From Candidatus Zhuqueibacterota bacterium (GTDB lineage Bacteria > Zhuqueibacterota > QNDG01 > JABMRT01), in contig JABMRT010000118.1 in NCBI GenBank assembly GCA_013202295.1, positions 16,109-80,108 on the forward strand: a DNA stretch of 64,000 nt, in the 5' to 3' direction. Each line of letters starts with the position of its first letter. Positions within the stretch are counted from its first letter, which is position 1. The position numbers and the translations under genes were made by a program. Under the pieces are notes generated by a model. The model made no database searches. It saw only the letters and a list, made by a program, of their open reading frames with translations, and was not told the DNA's origin. Below are positions 61,205 through 64,000 of this stretch, in pieces.

Positions 61205-63085
61205 CTAACTGCCAGAGATTTTCGGGAAGGTTTCTGGCGGTTCGAGCTCGCCCCATGATTCGAGCTTGTATTTCATAACGCGTGAGACGAACTGAGAATC
61301 CTCTTTATATTTCCTCCAAAAGTCATCTAGCAAGGGGCGTGCGATTTCGCCCAGGTTGTCCAAGGCATTGGCAGCGTGGAGCTGGGCTCGTGCATTCTCA
61401 TGATCGAGAGCTGCCTTGAGCACCTGTAGTGGTTTTTCAGGATTGTCCCACCGCGCCAGAATCTCGGCGGCGGCTATACGCACATTGGGTGCGGGATCAT
61501 CCAGCTTCTCCTTCAAAATATTAAAAGCGGGCCGGGCTTCCTTTCCCAGTGTCAGACATCCGATCGTGGCCCAGTACCGGACTGCGCTGTCTTCATCGTC
61601 CATCATGGCAATAAGCAATGACAGATTGTCGGGATCACGCTGATTGGCTACGTCCGCAGCCTCCAATAATTGTTTCTGGTTATTGCGTTTCGGATCCTGG
61701 GCCATCTTAAAGACAGTTTGATCTCCGGCCCGGTCTAGCATTTCGGCTTCGGGCAGCAATCCGGGATCGTGAATTTCCAGCATCCAATCATACAGCGCGG
61801 TTCGCATCCGATCAAGAATTTCTGTATATTGTGGATTCTCCGCTAAATTCACAACTTCATCCGGATCGTCCTGTGTATCATACAGTTCTTCCATGGGCTT
61901 GGGCTCCCAGAAAAATTTCTGAGGGCCTTCGCATTTTCCGTCCAGATAGAGTTGTTCCCATACCTGAGTGGTGCGCATGCGCCAGAGGTAGTTGAGGTGC
62001 TGTCCGTAAATTAGATGCGGCATGAAATTACGGATGTAGCGGTATCGTCCATTTGTGACCGCACGCATCATGTCATAGCGTTCGTCCATGCGGCCCCGAA
62101 ACATGTATGCGTAGTCCGGATTTTCCGTTCTCTTCTGGCCAAGAAAGGCATTGCCCTGCATGTGATCAGGAATGGGTACGCCTGCCAAGCTGAGCACAGT
62201 TGGTGCCAGATCCACAAAGCTGACGAGACGACCCGTCCGGCTGCCCGGCATGGCGGGTGCAAGATGTTGCCACTTTTTTGGGAACCGGACAATCAAAGGC
62301 ACGTGAGTTCCCGAATCATAAAGGAAGCGTTTGCTGCGCGTGAGAATCCCGCCATGATCTGCATAATAAAATACGATGGTGTTCCCGGCCAGTCCCGCGT
62401 CTTCCAGCTGTTTTAGTTTATCCCCAATCTGACGATCCAACTCAGTGATCTTATCATAATATTGCGCATAATCCCGCCGGATTTCAGGATGGTCGGGATG
62501 ATACTTACTCAGCCGCATTTTATCCGGATCATGTGTCAAAGATTCAATCCGATGCAAGGAGCTTTCATGCGATACCGTGTGGTTGAAGATGGCGAAAAAG
62601 GGCTGATTTGGCTCACGGTTTTTATATGTGGCAGTCCTGCTGGATTCGTCCCAGCAGCCGTCTGGTTTTTCAGCCACATTGTAATCTTCTTTGGAAGTGT
62701 TGGTGCAATAATATCCGGCATCGCGGAGATAATTCGTAAAGAATTTGATATGCTTGGGAATGGGGTTGTAAGAGCGCATGTGATGTGTGCCGAGGGAGGT
62801 TGCGTACATGCCGGTAATGATGGTGGACCGGGCGGGCGCGCAAACGGGGGCATTGGCGTAGCAGTGATCAAAGACAATCCCTTCGGATGCCAGCTTGTCC
62901 AGATTGGGTGTGATCGCGTTCGGATCTCCATAACATCCTAAAAATGGGCTGTTGTCTTCACTGGTCAACCATAAGATGTTTGGCCGCTCCTTTGAATCCT
63001 GAATTGCGCTCCATAAATTGGAGAAAGAAAGGGCCGCCGCTGCCGTGCCGGATGTTTTCAGAAATGTTCGTCTGTCTGTGTGCAT
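61205..63085 (-). CDS. Tat-exported sulfatase (formylglycine-dependent arylsulfatase family) with C-terminal HEAT-repeat domain
   Basis: Twin-arginine signal 'RRTFLKTSGTAAAALSF'. FGly motif 'CAPARSTIITG' (C-x-P-x-R). Sulfatase core 'PNILWLTSEDNSPFLGCYGD'. The C-terminal ~150 aa have HEAT-like repeats ('DSAVRYWATIGCLTLGKEA', 'PAPNVRIAAAEILARW', 'ENARAQLHAANALDNLG'). Confidence 0.85.
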   Translation of the reverse strand: MHTDRRTFLKTSGTAAAALSFSNLWSAIQDSKERPNILWLTSEDNSPFLGCYGDPNAITPNLDKLASEGIVFDHCYANAPVCAPARSTIITGMYATSLGTHHMRSYNPIPKHIKFFTNYLRDAGYYCTNTSKEDYNVAEKPDGCWDESSRTATYKNREPNQPFFAIFNHTVSHESSLHRIESLTHDPDKMRLSKYHPDHPEIRRDYAQYYDKITELDRQIGDKLKQLEDAGLAGNTIVFYYADHGGILTRSKRFLYDSGTHVPLIVRFPKKWQHLAPAMPGSRTGRLVSFVDLAPTVLSLAGVPIPDHMQGNAFLGQKRTENPDYAYMFRGRMDERYDMMRAVTNGRYRYIRNFMPHLIYGQHLNYLWRMRTTQVWEQLYLDGKCEGPQKFFWEPKPMEELYDTQDDPDEVVNLAENPQYTEILDRMRTALYDWMLEIHDPGLLPEAEMLDRAGDQTVFKMAQDPKRNNQKQLLEAADVANQRDPDNLSLLIAMMDDEDSAVRYWATIGCLTLGKEARPAFNILKEKLDDPAPNVRIAAAEILARWDNPEKPLQVLKAALDHENARAQLHAANALDNLGEIARPLLDDFWRKYKEDSQFVSRVMKYKLESWGELEPPETFPKISGS

Positions 63086-63150
63086 TGTTTATCCCCTTTT
63101 TCTGATGCAGTTTTCAAAGTTGTCTAATTCTACTTGCAAGAAATAGGGTG

Positions 63151-64000
63151 CTATCCCATAAATTCATTGCCGACTTTGCGGGCTCGTTCGGGTTTATCCA
63201 AATCAACACCCAATGCGAGACCGATTTCCACGAGCAGATTCCATCCCGCACAGAGGTGGATGTAGGGATTGAAATCACCGCCATCCGGCACAAGAATCGT
63301 ATCAAAGGGAGTCGGACGGCTGGCAATGGCCACGACCTTGAGGCCCACGCCCTGAACCAGAACTTCCTGGAATTTTTCAATTTCATCTTCCATTGGATCA
63401 ACCACAAAAACTACATCCTCTGCGACCATGACTTCTTCAATGCCATGCAGCGCGTATGTGCCTTCCAGAAAATCTGATTTTTTACGTGTGATCTCATTGG
63501 TTTTCAGAGTGAGCTCTTCTGCGGCGCCATCATTATAACCGGCGAAATAAATCGTGGGTGCGTCCACTGCAGCTTTCACAATCGCCGGATCGATGGTCAG
63601 GGTCAGCGCTTTTTCGATCCAGCCAGCCAGACTGTCCAATTTGTCCGCGTTATTTTTGCCTGCGATCTGCCAGAGAATGGATTCATAAAAGAGCGCCTGC
63701 TCAACCACACTTTTGGTAGCGGCGACTGCTTTCTCCCATCCACATTTAAGAACAAAGGTTTGTGTGCAGGCTTCTTCAAGTAATGTGTTCTCATTGGCGG
63801 TCAGGGCAAAACGTTTGTCATTGCCCTCCGAGGCCAGTTTTTTTGCAAGCACCACAATCTCTTTGGTTCGACCCGAGTTCGATGCACAGAATACGGCAAA
63901 ATTTTCCAACGCGTACTGAGCTGATTGACGTGATCCATCCGTGGCGATTTGCAGATCCAGCCCATATTGCAGGGTTTTACGAATGGCGTTCTTTGCGGGA
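63151..64000 (-). CDS. Double-SIS-domain sugar-phosphate isomerase/aminotransferase-like protein (AgaS/GlmS C-terminal-like), 5' end beyond the window
   Basis: SIS motifs 'VFCASNSGRTKEIVVLAKKLASEGNDKRFALTAN' and 'AVAATKSVVEQAL', plus a second SIS-like half ('VVFVVDPMEDEIEKFQEV...VVAIAS'). The minus-strand frame continues without a stop from 63909 to the window edge at 64000, so the N-terminus is truncated by the window. Confidence 0.65.
   Translation of the reverse strand, partial: PAKNAIRKTLQYGLDLQIATDGSRQSAQYALENFAVFCASNSGRTKEIVVLAKKLASEGNDKRFALTANENTLLEEACTQTFVLKCGWEKAVAATKSVVEQALFYESILWQIAGKNNADKLDSLAGWIEKALTLTIDPAIVKAAVDAPTIYFAGYNDGAAEELTLKTNEITRKKSDFLEGTYALHGIEEVMVAEDVVFVVDPMEDEIEKFQEVLVQGVGLKVVAIASRPTPFDTILVPDGGDFNPYIHLCAGWNLLVEIGLALGVDLDKPERARKVGNEFMG

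Noticed and set aside
63114-63407. 97-aa minus-strand ORF between the sulfatase and SIS genes
   Set aside because: It overlaps the 3' end of the SIS-domain gene in another frame and has no motifs. The true intergenic region is only ~65 bp.

Overview
The window is a 64 kb bacterial chromosomal segment of moderate-to-low GC. All predicted genes from 1 to 60.8 kb lie on the + strand. Many are tightly spaced or overlapping, and several have Shine-Dalgarno-like AGGAGG/GGAGG sites upstream of their starts. No rRNA, tRNA or CRISPR array was recognised. At least six proteins end in the Bacteroidota-type T9SS C-terminal sorting domain (..PNPFNP.T.I.F.......G......G.Y.Y.......KM.LLK). This points to an FCB-superphylum organism with a type IX secretion system, and the SD-like sites argue against classical Bacteroidia.

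Gene content, in order:
- ComEA, followed by a type IV pilin-like protein with a Trp-rich repeat segment, then PilM-like and PilN-like genes.
- Housekeeping genes rsmD, coaD and pta, then a TPR protein.
- A 2328-aa repeat adhesin with a T9SS CTD, followed by an outer-membrane beta-barrel fused to TPRs.
- An 1198-aa single-polypeptide partner-switching regulator: RsbW-like kinase, TM sensor, HAMP, PP2C/SpoIIE phosphatase, IS3-like transposase HTHs, an acidic linker and TPRs. Its cognate STAS antagonist follows and carries the same HTH-like extension.
- An Aquifex-type aconitase and a monomeric NADP-isocitrate dehydrogenase. The IDH gene has strongly atypical codon usage and is followed by the 3' remnant of a displaced dimeric icd.
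- A metallopeptidase/PD40-propeller/Omp85-barrel fusion, then dsbD, alaX-like, a KamA-family radical SAM gene, a PTS-IIA(Ntr)-like gene, a cation/H+ antiporter, a UDPGP-family pyrophosphorylase and MscS.
- An AsmA/TamB-like gene, a lipoprotein and a 2737-aa TolB-propeller/TPR/CHAT-protease giant, apparently in one operon.
- suhB and yjbQ.
- An island of four consecutive T9SS cargo genes: a GH18 chitinase, a novel ~57-aa x14 repeat protein, a TIM-barrel hydrolase and a frameshifted gene.
- On the minus strand: a Dabb protein, a Tat-exported sulfatase with HEAT repeats, and a partial double-SIS gene running off the window edge.

The most likely previously undescribed systems are the fused kinase/phosphatase partner-switching module with domesticated transposase HTHs, and the TolB-TPR-CHAT giant with its AsmA-like and lipoprotein partners.
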